Positions 10,487 through 19,912 of a stretch of DNA of 64,000 nt are shown piece after piece; the stretch's first letter is position 1, and every line of letters starts with the position of its first letter. Source of the stretch: Opitutia bacterium (lineage in GTDB: Bacteria > Verrucomicrobiota > Verrucomicrobiia > Opitutales > T3Sed10-336); assembly GCA_050506795.1 (NCBI GenBank), contig JBJHCF010000006.1, forward strand, positions 1 to 64,000, in the 5' to 3' direction. The translations under genes and the position numbers were made by a program. Below the pieces are notes generated by a model that saw only the letters and a list, made by a program, of their open reading frames with translations, did not search any database and was not told the origin of the DNA.

Positions 10487-11410
10487 ATGCAAACAATCCT
10501 GGGTAGTGGTGGTGTTATCGGGAATGGTTTGGCTCGCGAACTGGCGGCCTGTACGGACCGTATTCGCTTGGTGGCTCGTCATTCCCCTCCGGTTGATGAA
10601 GGAAACGAGTTTTTCCCGGCCGATCTAACCGATGCTACGGCGACCTTGGCGGCCGTTGAGGGATCGGATGTCGCCTATCTGGTTGCAGGACTTCCCTATA
10701 AAGCGAGGGTGTGGGAGGCGCACTGGCCGGTGATCATGGACAATGTGATTGCGGCCTGCCGTAAGACTGGAGCCCGGCTGGTGTTCTTCGACAACGTGTA
10801 TCTCTATGGGTTGGTTGACGGACCGATGACCGAAGAGACTCCGTCCAACCCCTGCTCGGCGAAGGGCAGGGTGCGGGCGCGTATTGCCGGTCGTCTCCAG
10901 GAAGCGATGGCGGAGGGGGAGGTGGATGCACTGATTGCCCGGGCCGCCGATTTTTACGGACCCGGAGCCGTGAACACCTTCGTACACCCCATGGTTTTCG
11001 AGAAGCTCCGGGCCGGGAAGAAAGCCGCCTGGCTCGTCAACGACACGGTCCCGCACAGCATGACCTACACCCCGGACGCCTGCAAAGCCACTGCGGTCCT
11101 GGGAAACACGCCGGATGCGTTCGGAGGGGTCTGGCACTTGCCCACGCACGCCAACCCGCCCACAGGACGGGAGTTTATTGAGGCCGTGGCGAAAGCCTAT
11201 GGGGTCCCGGCCCAGTGGCAGGTCCTAAAACCCTGGATGTTGAGGTTGGCCGGGTTTTTTGATTCGAGGATCAGTGAGTCGATGGAGTTGCTTTACCAGA
11301 ATCGGGTACCGTATATTTTCGACAGTACCCTGTTCGAGGAGCGTTTTTTTGCGGCGACACCTTACAGCGACGGGATTCGGGAAACGGTGCGGTGGACGCG
11401 AAGCCCGTGA
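10487..11410 (+). CDS. NAD-dependent epimerase/dehydratase family (atypical SDR)
   Basis: TILGSGGVIG Rossmann motif; FFDNVYLYG; RAADFYGP. Confidence 0.9.
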   Translation: MQTILGSGGVIGNGLARELAACTDRIRLVARHSPPVDEGNEFFPADLTDATATLAAVEGSDVAYLVAGLPYKARVWEAHWPVIMDNVIAACRKTGARLVFFDNVYLYGLVDGPMTEETPSNPCSAKGRVRARIAGRLQEAMAEGEVDALIARAADFYGPGAVNTFVHPMVFEKLRAGKKAAWLVNDTVPHSMTYTPDACKATAVLGNTPDAFGGVWHLPTHANPPTGREFIEAVAKAYGVPAQWQVLKPWMLRLAGFFDSRISESMELLYQNRVPYIFDSTLFEERFFAATPYSDGIRETVRWTRSP

Positions 11411-11498
11411 ACTCGATTAGGGCAATGACGCCTGCGGGTGAATGAGTCCAGTTCAGCCCGGGAACGATCACTGAGCTGCGGTAATCAGGATGGTGTGC

Positions 11499-12041
11499 TT
11501 AAGCGCCCTCATGGTGCAGCGCCTCGGCAATTCCGGTCGCCCATGATTCGACCGATTTCCAGTTCCGAAAGTCGCCGAGTGGTGCCTTCACGGCTTTGAT
11601 AGCCAGCCCCTCGATCAGGTTGAGTTTATCCGGATCGAGCATTCCGTGAAAAAGACAGATATCGCGAACCTTGATTCGATCAATGAGCGGCTGCAGGGAC
11701 TCGGGGAAATGCCATCCCTTCAGTAGTGCCACCGGATCGCCTTCGCCGGTCGGCCCACTGGAAAAGAGCCACACGGGTCGCTCAGCCAGTTTATCCGCAT
11801 GGCGCTCCAGAAATCCGGCCGCCTCCTTTTGCCACTGCCCGAGATAGACAGCGCTGCCCAGCACGACCGCGTCGTAGAGTGATGGATCGCCCGCCTGGCC
11901 AACCGGCAACACCTCGGCGGGAAAGCCTTCTTTTCCCAGGACCTCCCCAATCTTTTCGGCGATGCCGGCCGTGGCCCCCTTTTTTGTGGCGTAGGCGATG
12001 AGGATTCGAGGCTTGCGGCTTACCTCCGTTTCTTCAGTCAT
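11499..12041 (-). CDS. Flavodoxin domain protein (Flavodoxin_5/HemG-like)
   Basis: ILIAYATKKGATAGIAE; YDAVVLGSAVY; PVWLFSSGP; GDFRNW. Confidence 0.88.
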   Translation of the reverse strand: MTEETEVSRKPRILIAYATKKGATAGIAEKIGEVLGKEGFPAEVLPVGQAGDPSLYDAVVLGSAVYLGQWQKEAAGFLERHADKLAERPVWLFSSGPTGEGDPVALLKGWHFPESLQPLIDRIKVRDICLFHGMLDPDKLNLIEGLAIKAVKAPLGDFRNWKSVESWATGIAEALHHEGA

Positions 12042-12310
12042 CCCTTGCAATTACCACAGCCGAAAGAAGGAATCACCACCGGAATTCGAACAAGAAGTGA
12101 GCTATGACCCGGACGATGATGAGGCGCTGGATGAGGGAGAACGGCATTGACGAATCGGCTGGGGTTCGTGATGAGGTTGCTTAATTCCTCTTGTAAGATC
12201 TGATCTCAGGCGGCGTGGGCAACCTAATTTTTTCCAAGGATCTGAATCCGGTTGGAGCCGACTCGGAAAGCCTTGTTATCATCCGGGCGCATCCCATAGT
12301 TCTTTCTCTG

Positions 12311-13393
12311 ATGGCCTTCCGCTTCTTCCGCCGATTCCGCATAGCCCCAGGGGTGACGGTGAACCTCACCAAACGGGGCGGCTCGCTCTCCTTTGGCCCT
12401 CGCGGGGCGAAGCTGACGGCGGGAACCAGCGGAGTCCGACGCACGCTCAGCGTTCCGGGAACGGGCCTTTGGTACACTGAGCACGTCGGTAGGAAGTCAT
12501 CGGGAGGGAAGAGCAGAGCCAGAAAGGGGGCGGCGGCGGCCCCGCCGGCTCCCACGGTCCGTGCACAGGACCGGTTGACCTACCTGGAAGTCGATCAGGT
12601 GTCGGAGGTAAACGAGTGGCCGGATTTCGACCTTGTCGCGATTTCCACGTTCACGGCGCAGGCCTATGAGGCGTACGCGGTGGCGGACCGGTACCGGCAG
12701 GCCGGTACGACAGTCATCATGGGTGGGCTCCACGTCACCGTCGAGCCGGAGGAAGCCTTCGGGCACGCCGATGCGGTCGTGATTGGCGAAGGGGAGTTGT
12801 GTTGGCAGGAGGTCCTGCGGGATGCGGAGTCGGGAACGTTGCGGTCGATTTACCGGGCGGCGCCCCGGGAGTTCGACCTGGCGGACGCGCCCATGCCAGC
12901 GTACGAGTTGCTCGACATGGAGCGCTACAATCGAGTTACCGTGCAGACCACCCGCGGGTGCCCGCTCCGGTGTTCGTTTTGTGCCAGCTCGATTCTTCTG
13001 ACGAGGCGATACAAGCACAAACCCATTGCCAAGGTCCTGCGCGAAATCGACCGGATTCGGGAACTTTGGCCGCGCCCGTTCCTGGAGTTTGCCGACGACA
13101 ACAGCTTTGTCGAAAAGCGATATTGGAAGCAGCTTCTCCCGAAACTCGAAAAGCGGCGAGTTCGCTGGTTTACGGAGACGGATATTTCCGTGGGAGAGGA
13201 CGAAGAACTACTCGGGATGCTGCGCCGTGCCGGATGCAAGGAAGTATTGATCGGATTGGAGAGTCCGGTCGCTGAAGGTCTCGCCGGTTTGGAACGGCGC
13301 TACTGCTTCACGGCTCCGCCATGTAGGTCGGTGCTTCAGCCCGACTTTACCACCGGCCTTACCTCCTTTCTCGACAACTTTTGTGTTCCCTAA
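12311..13393 (+). pseudogene. Chimeric ORF: DUF4236 N-terminus fused to a doubly truncated B12-binding radical SAM enzyme
   Basis: MAFRFFRRFRIAPGVTVNLTKRGGSLSFG..PGTGLWY is followed by MGGLHVT..VIGEGE and the CxxxCxxC motif RGCPLRCSFC. Homology stops at about 13293, where a REP element begins. Confidence 0.75.
13292..13345. repeat. GTAG REP hairpin pair, left copy truncated
   Basis: GAACGGCGCTAC..GTAGGTCGGTGCTTCAGCCCGAC matches 4629-4680. Confidence 0.8.
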
Positions 13394-13476
13394 TCGGTCG
13401 GGTGCTCCCGGGAATGCAGTTACGCGGATTCGATAATTCCTTGCCCGACTGGATGTTATTGGTAGGATTCGGAGCC

Positions 13477-14532
13477 ATGTCGTTCAGCATGAAACTCTGG
13501 GAGATTGCCGGTGAGGAGCTTCGCGAAGTACCGAAATCGGTCCTCGACAAGGAGTCCCGGCTGGAGGAATGGGTGCGGAAGGATCCGAGCATGCTGGGTA
13601 TGGACCTGCTCCTGATTGGACAACAGGTAATCCTGCCGAACAGCGGGCGCATCGATCTGCTTGCTCTCGATCGGGAGGGCAATCTTGTGGTGCTTGAACT
13701 GAAGCGGGACCGCACGCCGCGCGAGGTCGTCGCACAGACGCTGGACTACGGTTCGTACGTGCGGAGGTTCGGCTTCGACAAGATCGACGAACTTGCCCGG
13801 AAGTTTTGCGGAAAGGCCCTGGGGGAAGCCTACGGCGAACACTTCGGCGACACATTGCCCGATTCGATCAACCAGAGTCATCAGTTGGTGATTCTCGCCT
13901 CCGAACTGGACGAGTCTTCGGAGCGCATTGTCGAGTACCTCGCTGAAGTTCATGAAGTCCCGATCAACGTGATTTTCTTCACCTTCTTTCAGGCTGATGG
14001 ACGGGAGTTTCTCGGTCGCGCCTGGTTGATGGACCCGGAGGATATTCAGAAAAGGGCACACTCACGTAAGCAGGCCCCCTGGTCCGGATATTATTTCGTC
14101 AATGTCGGCGAGGGCGAACACCGCAACTGGGACGATTGCAGGAACTACGGATTCATCGCCGCCGGCCATGGCCCCAAGTACGCGCGAGCCATTCGCAAGC
14201 TGAGCCCGGGTGATCAGATTTTTGCCTACATCAAAGGTCGAGGTTATGTGGGATTCGGTCGGGTCACCAAAGAAGCCGTAATGGCACGGGATTTCGAACT
14301 GCCAGATTCCGGCCGGAATCTGAAAGAAATTACTCTCGAAGAACCGGGTATCCTTCACGACGCAGATGATCCGGAAATGGCCGACTGGGTGGTCGGCATC
14401 GAGTGGATCAAAACATTTTCCCGCGAGAACGCAAAAACCTTCAACGGCGTTTTCGCCAACCAAAACATTGTCTGCCAACTCCGCCACCCTGAAACCGTCG
14501 AGTTTTTGAATCGGCAGTTTATTGAGTCGTGA
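13477..14532 (+). CDS. NucS/EndoMS-like PD-(D/E)XK endonuclease with C-terminal EVE/PUA-like domain
   Basis: ESRLEEW..GRIDLLALDREGNLVVLELKR..QTLDY; C-terminal YFVNVGEG..WDDC..GFIAAG..LSPGDQIFAYIKGRGYVGFGRV. Confidence 0.82.
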   Translation: MSFSMKLWEIAGEELREVPKSVLDKESRLEEWVRKDPSMLGMDLLLIGQQVILPNSGRIDLLALDREGNLVVLELKRDRTPREVVAQTLDYGSYVRRFGFDKIDELARKFCGKALGEAYGEHFGDTLPDSINQSHQLVILASELDESSERIVEYLAEVHEVPINVIFFTFFQADGREFLGRAWLMDPEDIQKRAHSRKQAPWSGYYFVNVGEGEHRNWDDCRNYGFIAAGHGPKYARAIRKLSPGDQIFAYIKGRGYVGFGRVTKEAVMARDFELPDSGRNLKEITLEEPGILHDADDPEMADWVVGIEWIKTFSRENAKTFNGVFANQNIVCQLRHPETVEFLNRQFIES

Positions 14533-14840
14533 AAAACCAAGGCAAAGAATCCCTATCGTTCGAGCAGGAACTGGAGCTATCCATTCGACCAAGTATCCCT
14601 GTCACCTACTATCTGGCCGTCGGATGCGCCTGGATTTGCTGGTTGGGTGCCATCGGTTATTTCATCTGGGCTTACCGAACTTTACAACGGTTCGCTCATG
14701 GAAGCCCTCCCATGAGCGCACTTTGGACTTCTATCATCCCCGGATGCATAGGAATTGCCATGATGGGAGTCGTATTTGCGGCACTTGCTTCGATCATCGC
14801 TCTACTTCACCGAATCGCCGACAACACGAGGATCACGTAG
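14529..14840 (+). CDS. Small hypothetical membrane protein (2 TM)
   Basis: Two hydrophobic segments; GTGA start/stop overlap with the nuclease gene; ends LLHRIADNT. Confidence 0.6.
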   Translation: MKNQGKESLSFEQELELSIRPSIPVTYYLAVGCAWICWLGAIGYFIWAYRTLQRFAHGSPPMSALWTSIIPGCIGIAMMGVVFAALASIIALLHRIADNTRIT

Positions 14841-15029
14841 CCACATGGAAAGTAGGTTGTGGTCGGGGCTGACGGACGCGGTCAGGGCGAATTATGTGAT
14901 GAGTTGGATTCGAACGGGAGAGGAACTGGCTTGAGCTACGGAGAATGTTAACCTCCCTGGATTTCGGCTTGTCCGATGGTTCGGGCGGATTGACCCGATT
15001 ACTCCCCAAAAGGTACATTAATTCAGATC

Positions 15030-15173
15030 CAAGGCCGCCAAAGACAGCTTGAGTCCCGTATTTAGTCACAAGCTTAGATCTTCTCTGAAAGATGGCACGA
15101 TACACTTTCTAAGGTGAAATGGCTTTCAGAGATTGTTCGAAAGTTATTGATCTTCAGAGCGGTTATGATCCAT
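15030..15173 (-). pseudogene. Degraded N-terminus of an AAA/OLD-type ATPase
   Basis: IITALKINNFRTI resembles the usual ABC-ATPase N-terminal strand; frameshifts and stops follow; locally AT-rich. Confidence 0.35.
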
Positions 15174-15209
15174 AATACAAGCAAACAATTGGAGATCGGT
15201 GCTTTCCAA

Positions 15210-15283
15210 ATGAAGCTATTTATTGGAGTAACAGATGATAGGTGGTTCCGATTTCTCCGAGAACGGAAGCCGGATGAGATCAA
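15210..15283 (+). pseudogene. N-terminal stub of a putative HNH restriction endonuclease
   Basis: MKLFIGVTDDRWFRFLRERKPDEIN, after which similarity ends abruptly. Confidence 0.55.
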
Positions 15284-15390
15284 CGCCCCGGACAGCGCTT
15301 CCTGGAATGGCATAATGAGAATTTATATAAGGGGTAGCGCCTTGAATGTTTTTATAACCAGTCGTTCGCATTTCTCGCTCTTTCATGACC

Positions 15391-18300
15391 TCACACCGTC
15401 CGCGCTTCTTCAAATAGGTCCGCTGGCATTGGGTGTCGGAGTTGCCAGACCATAGAGATAGGGCGGTCGGATTCGTAGGAAAGAAGGTCTGTAGCTGGGC
15501 CGAGAAAGAGGAACGGTGCAGTGGCGCCGCCGACGGTCTTTTCGAGCCGCGCGAAGAAGAGGATAGTGTATCCGCTGTCCCGGAAATGTATGTAGTTCTG
15601 GCCCGTTCCGCTGTTTTGGGTGGTGCTGGCCTGGCTTTCCCAGTGGAGACGGGTTCGGCTGATGGGGTAATCTTTGTATCGGGTGGTGGGTGAGAAATCT
15701 TTCTCTTCCTTGCGGAAGGTCACGAAGTGGAGGTAGGCCTTCTGGTCCTTGAGATGGACGACTCCGGTTCCGGTAGGGCCGGTTGTTTCAAGGTCCGCTT
15801 TCCCAAAGGCTGCGGTGATCTCTCGAAGGCCGTAGGCGGCGTGAAGGCGGAGGGGGCAGGGAATTCCGACGTCGATGGTTTGTGTGGGAAACGGATGTTG
15901 GCTCAGGCGCCAGTTTGCGATTTCGACGAAATCGGCGGTTGCCGAACGGTTTTGCTGCCAACGTTGAAAGGATTCCTGATGGGTCGAAACGCCCAATGCC
16001 TCCCCTTTTTGAGACCAGAAGAGGTAGTGAAGGGCGTTTGCCTCTCTTTCCGTAAGATCATAGCTGGTAGGGGCCTCGGCGACGGCTTCGGAAGAAACTC
16101 GGACCGCCTTTTTCAAGAACTCGGGATCGGTGCGGAGCACCAAGCGACGAAGGGCTTTGCGCGCGTCGGCGAGGTGCGGGTCCTGAACCGTTTTAGTGCC
16201 ATGGGCGAGGTCTTTCCATTCCGACCAGGTTCGGCTACTCAGAACCTCCAGCGGGGATAGCTGAGTTTCTCGAATGAAGTTTCCAAAGGTCAGGTCGAGC
16301 TTGGTCTCGGCTTCGAAGGTCTGGATCGCTTCAGGAATAAACGCCCGCAGGTTGCCGAGGCTTTGACGGATGTTGGCAAGCACGTGTTCTCGGGCGACGC
16401 GTTCGAGGTAGATGTTGCAGCCGGGAGGGAGGTTCGGGAAGTCTCGCTCGATTTCCTGATCGATGCGGCGGCGAGTTGTGCGAAGCAGGGCGCTTAATTT
16501 CCGGTCAATTCGATACTTTGGGTGAGCCTGGCCGACAAAATCGAGTACGGTCAAGCACTCCTTCTCTGGCGCGTGACGCAGCCCGCGACCGAGTTGCTGG
16601 AGAAAGACGGTAAGGCTTTCGGTCGGGCGCAGGAAAAGGACGAGGTTGATCTCCGGAATGTCCACGCCTTCGCTAAAGACATCAACCGTGAACAGGAATG
16701 TTATCTTCCCGTCCCGAAACCTGCGTATCCGATTGGCTCGTTCATCACGCGGAGTCGTTCCCAGAACTACCTCCGCAGTCTGCCCAGCGTCCCTGAAGTT
16801 CCGCGCCATGTATTCGGCGTGCCTGGTACCAGCACAGAAGCCGACCGCGCGGGTGTTGCTTAGATCGGGCTGGTATCGTTCGATGCTTTTCCATATAGCG
16901 TCGAGCCGCAATTTAGCCCGCAAATCGTCCCCGCTGTAAACCTCCTCGAGGGCGTTGGCATCGTACTTCCCGTTCTTCCAGAACCGTTCCTCGGCAACCG
17001 AAACCGGGTCTGAAACCCCGAAGTAATGAAATGGGCAAAGCAGCTTTTCCTCCAGGGCTTCGGGCAAGCGTATCTCGGCCGCGAACTCGTTGTCGAAATC
17101 CGGCAAGATCGAGGTGCCGTCCATTCGTTCAGGAGTTGCAGTCAAGCCGAGCACGATTTTAGGGCTCAGGTGCTCAAAGAGCGGCCGGTAACTGCTGGCT
17201 GCCCCGTGATGCGCCTCGTCGACGATAACAAAATCGAAATGCGTCGGCCCGAAACGATCCCACGGTTTGCGATTGTTCAGGCTTTGGACGGACGCGAAGA
17301 CGTGCTCCCAGCGATCGGGTACCTCTCCATCGACGAGCAATTCGCCGAAATTGAAGTCGCGCAGAACCACGCGAAAACAATCGCGTGCCTGTTGGAGGAT
17401 CTCCTTCCGGTGAACAACAAAGAGCAATCGGGAAGCTTGTCGGTTTTCGGTGCGAAAACGAGCATAGTCGAAGGCGGCCATTACCGTCTTTCCAGTCCCG
17501 GTGGCGGCGACGACTAGATTCCGGTGCGATCCGGCCATGCGAGCCGCGAGCAATGCTTCTAAGATCCGATCCTGGAAAGCGCGCGGCTTGATGTCGGCAA
17601 AGAAGTGTGGGCTCTCAGCATGGGTTGACCGCTTCGCATAGGCAATAGCCTCTCGAAATTGCGTCGGTTGGTCAGGATCGAAGGCAACGAATTCATCCCG
17701 CGCCCAATAGGATTCAAACTCTGCCGCGAAGCGGGCCAGGATATGCGGCATGTCCTGTGCGGTCACCTTCACGGTCCATTCCAGCCCGCTTGTCATCGCT
17801 GGCTGGCTCATGTTTGCCGATCCGATGTAGGCCGTGGAGTATCCGCTCTTCCGAACGAAATGGTACGCCTTTGCGTGCAATCGAGTTCGTTCGATATCGT
17901 AAGAGACACGCACCGAAAAGCGCGGTTGAGCAGCCAACCACTCCACGGCGTGGGGATCTGACGCCCCCATGTAGGAGGTGGTGATGATCCTTACATCTAC
18001 GCCTCGTTCAGCCAGAGATTCAAAGGCAGGCAACAACAGCTTGAGCCCCGACCATTTGATGAACGAGACGAGAATGTCCACCCTGTCAGCGGTCATCATC
18101 TCCGTTCGAAGCTCCCGCTCAAGCTGAGGATCGTCGGCAGAGCCAGTCAGCAGGCTACTCACACTCAGGGGAGTTGCCGGTTCGGGAAACGGGTTTGTCT
18201 GACCCGAGGAATTGATCTGGCGGAGGATCGTTTTCGGCTTCTCCAGGAGGCGCTTTCGTTGGGTATAGTCGAGGCCGTCGATGCTGCTCAGTAGCTCGAT

Positions 18301-18504
18301 CAAACGGTTCATTACCGAGCGTCGTTGCTCTGGTTTTATGATCGGCAACGCCTTGAGAAGCACCTGTCCCAGGAACTGACTATACGCCTGCGGTGCGCTT
18401 TCATCATCCAGCTTCTCGAAAATTGGTGACAACTCCGGGTGAGCCGCGACCAATGCCTCCAGCTCCTCGTCGAGCAATCGATCGTATAGACCATCAGGAA
18501 GCAT
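15391..18504 (-). CDS. SauUSI-like type IV restriction enzyme: PLD nuclease + SF2 helicase + DUF3427
   Basis: LHAKAY..GSANMS (PLD); AATGTGKT; DEAHH; GLTATPER; QQLGRGLR; C-terminal YKDYPISRTRLHWESQ. Confidence 0.9.
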   Translation of the reverse strand: MLPDGLYDRLLDEELEALVAAHPELSPIFEKLDDESAPQAYSQFLGQVLLKALPIIKPEQRRSVMNRLIELLSSIDGLDYTQRKRLLEKPKTILRQINSSGQTNPFPEPATPLSVSSLLTGSADDPQLERELRTEMMTADRVDILVSFIKWSGLKLLLPAFESLAERGVDVRIITTSYMGASDPHAVEWLAAQPRFSVRVSYDIERTRLHAKAYHFVRKSGYSTAYIGSANMSQPAMTSGLEWTVKVTAQDMPHILARFAAEFESYWARDEFVAFDPDQPTQFREAIAYAKRSTHAESPHFFADIKPRAFQDRILEALLAARMAGSHRNLVVAATGTGKTVMAAFDYARFRTENRQASRLLFVVHRKEILQQARDCFRVVLRDFNFGELLVDGEVPDRWEHVFASVQSLNNRKPWDRFGPTHFDFVIVDEAHHGAASSYRPLFEHLSPKIVLGLTATPERMDGTSILPDFDNEFAAEIRLPEALEEKLLCPFHYFGVSDPVSVAEERFWKNGKYDANALEEVYSGDDLRAKLRLDAIWKSIERYQPDLSNTRAVGFCAGTRHAEYMARNFRDAGQTAEVVLGTTPRDERANRIRRFRDGKITFLFTVDVFSEGVDIPEINLVLFLRPTESLTVFLQQLGRGLRHAPEKECLTVLDFVGQAHPKYRIDRKLSALLRTTRRRIDQEIERDFPNLPPGCNIYLERVAREHVLANIRQSLGNLRAFIPEAIQTFEAETKLDLTFGNFIRETQLSPLEVLSSRTWSEWKDLAHGTKTVQDPHLADARKALRRLVLRTDPEFLKKAVRVSSEAVAEAPTSYDLTEREANALHYLFWSQKGEALGVSTHQESFQRWQQNRSATADFVEIANWRLSQHPFPTQTIDVGIPCPLRLHAAYGLREITAAFGKADLETTGPTGTGVVHLKDQKAYLHFVTFRKEEKDFSPTTRYKDYPISRTRLHWESQASTTQNSGTGQNYIHFRDSGYTILFFARLEKTVGGATAPFLFLGPATDLLSYESDRPISMVWQLRHPMPADLFEEARTV

Positions 18505-18531
18505 AATGAAGCCGGCAATTGGAGCGTAGAG

Positions 18532-18963
18532 TCAGCGCGGATACGGTGGAACCTTGGTCGCGAGTTCCTTCGCTTGCAAGAGTGAAAGGAGTTCCGCGAG
18601 GATCGGCAGATCCGCGGGCGCCCATTCGAGGGTGTCCACAGTGTGCACGGTTACCCATTTGGCTGCCGAATGTTCCACCAGCTTCAGGGCCGGGCGAAAG
18701 TCACAGCGAGCGAGGAACGGAATCAAGCAGATTGCGCCGAACTCGTATTGATGCGTGACAGGCGTGAGGGGTTGCAGGGAACCGACATCGAGGTGGAGTT
18801 CCTCTCGCAATTCCCGCCGCAATGCCTCTTCTGGCGACTCCCCGTCCTCCACCTTGCCACCCGGAAATTCCCAATAACCGCCAAGGGGTTTTTCGGGTGG
18901 ACGCTGTGTCGCGAGAAACGCGTTTCGATCGTCGAGGAGAATTAGGCAGGAAACGGTGACCAT
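18532..18963 (-). CDS. MutT-like NUDIX (d)NTP pyrophosphohydrolase
   Basis: Nudix box WEFPGGKVEDGESPEEALRRELREEL; WAPADLP; ATG at 18963. Confidence 0.92.
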   Translation of the reverse strand: MVTVSCLILLDDRNAFLATQRPPEKPLGGYWEFPGGKVEDGESPEEALRRELREELHLDVGSLQPLTPVTHQYEFGAICLIPFLARCDFRPALKLVEHSAAKWVTVHTVDTLEWAPADLPILAELLSLLQAKELATKVPPYPR

Positions 18964-18997
18964 GTATTTGTCATTTAGATGGATTTTCTGGGATAAC

Positions 18998-19257
18998 TCA
19001 CGTAATTTTCGCCACCATCGTCCCCAGGATCGGATGGGCGATCTCGTGCTTTGGGGCGCGGATCGGTTTGTAAGCGGGGTTGTCAGACGCGAAGATCCAG
19101 TGGTCGAGATCCTGGGTGACGCGTTTGATGGCTTCGGTACCGTTGGTGGCGGCGCCGAATTCGGGGAGGTTGACGATGACGGTCTGGCGGTCGCGGCGGG
19201 ATGTCGTTTCCCAAACGGGAGCAGCTCAACCGCTTTTCGAAACTCCTGGGCGTTCAC
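18998..19257 (-). pseudogene. Chimeric scrap: N-terminus of a phosphorothioation-associated methyltransferase-like gene joined to an S24/LexA-type C-terminus
   Basis: MNAQEFRKAVELLPFGKR, then in another frame TVIVNLPEFG..EAIKRV..WIFASDNPAYKPI..ILGTMVAKIT*. Confidence 0.5.
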
Positions 19258-19282
19258 AACAGTGCTTCAGATGCTTCTGCCT

Positions 19283-19876
19283 TCACCCTTCATATCTTAA
19301 AAGGTTCAAACTTGCCGGCGACGGCTCATCCAGGGCTCCGGTTTGTCGGAAGTACTCGTGGGACTCCTCGAACGAGGAAAAAGGCATGCGGCTGTTGATG
19401 TCCACCAGCTTGTGGCCGAAAGCGATGAACTGCTGTACGGTCAGGGCCTCCAGTACGCTGAAATAGTCCAATCGGAGGGAGGTGGGGATTAAGAGGAAAA
19501 GCATGGGAATAGGGGCGAAATTTAGGTCCTCGACATTCTGGACTTCCAGGTCCCGGTCGAGACGACGCAGATTCGTAGTGTTGAGGGAAACGGTTCTAGC
19601 GGATAAACCGGTCGTGGCGGCGTACTTTTCATACAGGGTTACGATTTCATCCACGGAGTTTTTCCTGGCGCCCGGTAAAATAGGTCGAATCTTCTCCCAC
19701 CCTTGGTCCTTGGTTTTGGCGACGATTTGTTTCGCACGGGTCGTGGCGGTCGCCTTATTCAGGGTGCCCGTCGATTTTACAATTTGCTTGCCTTCGTGGG
19801 TGAACTTCACCGCCCATTTTTGGGATGCCTTGTTCGACCCCGGCTCCGGGCACCACCTCCATCGCACCCCAACCAT
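19283..19876 (-). pseudogene. Tyrosine integrase N-terminal remnant (arm-binding/core-binding), catalytic domain lost
   Basis: KWAVKFTHEGKQIVKSTGTLNKATA..LSARTV. After about 19520 it is fused to unrelated sequence; no R-H-R-Y motifs. Confidence 0.7.
19832..19855 (+). mobile_element. att site: 3' fragment of a tRNA (Leu-like)
   Basis: GTTCGACC-CCGGC-TCCGGGC-A-CCA equals T-loop, 3' T-stem, acceptor strand and CCA. The 5' part of the tRNA is absent; the site abuts the integrase remnant. Confidence 0.82.
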
Positions 19877-19912
19877 AAAGGCGGTGTGAACCGGAAAGAT
19901 TTCGGTTGAGGA

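Noticed and set aside
3021..15390. Integron cassette array
   Set aside because: Gene orientations are mixed, no convincing attC (RYYYAAC..GTTRRRY) series was found and there is no IntI.
18964..19257. N-terminal extension of the NUDIX protein in the 241-aa ORF
   Set aside because: The Ser/Pro-rich extension is an off-frame read of pseudogene scraps; the NUDIX fold begins at ATG 18963.
19832..19855. Functional tRNA gene
   Set aside because: Only the last 24 nt are present; there is no D-arm, anticodon arm or 5' acceptor strand.
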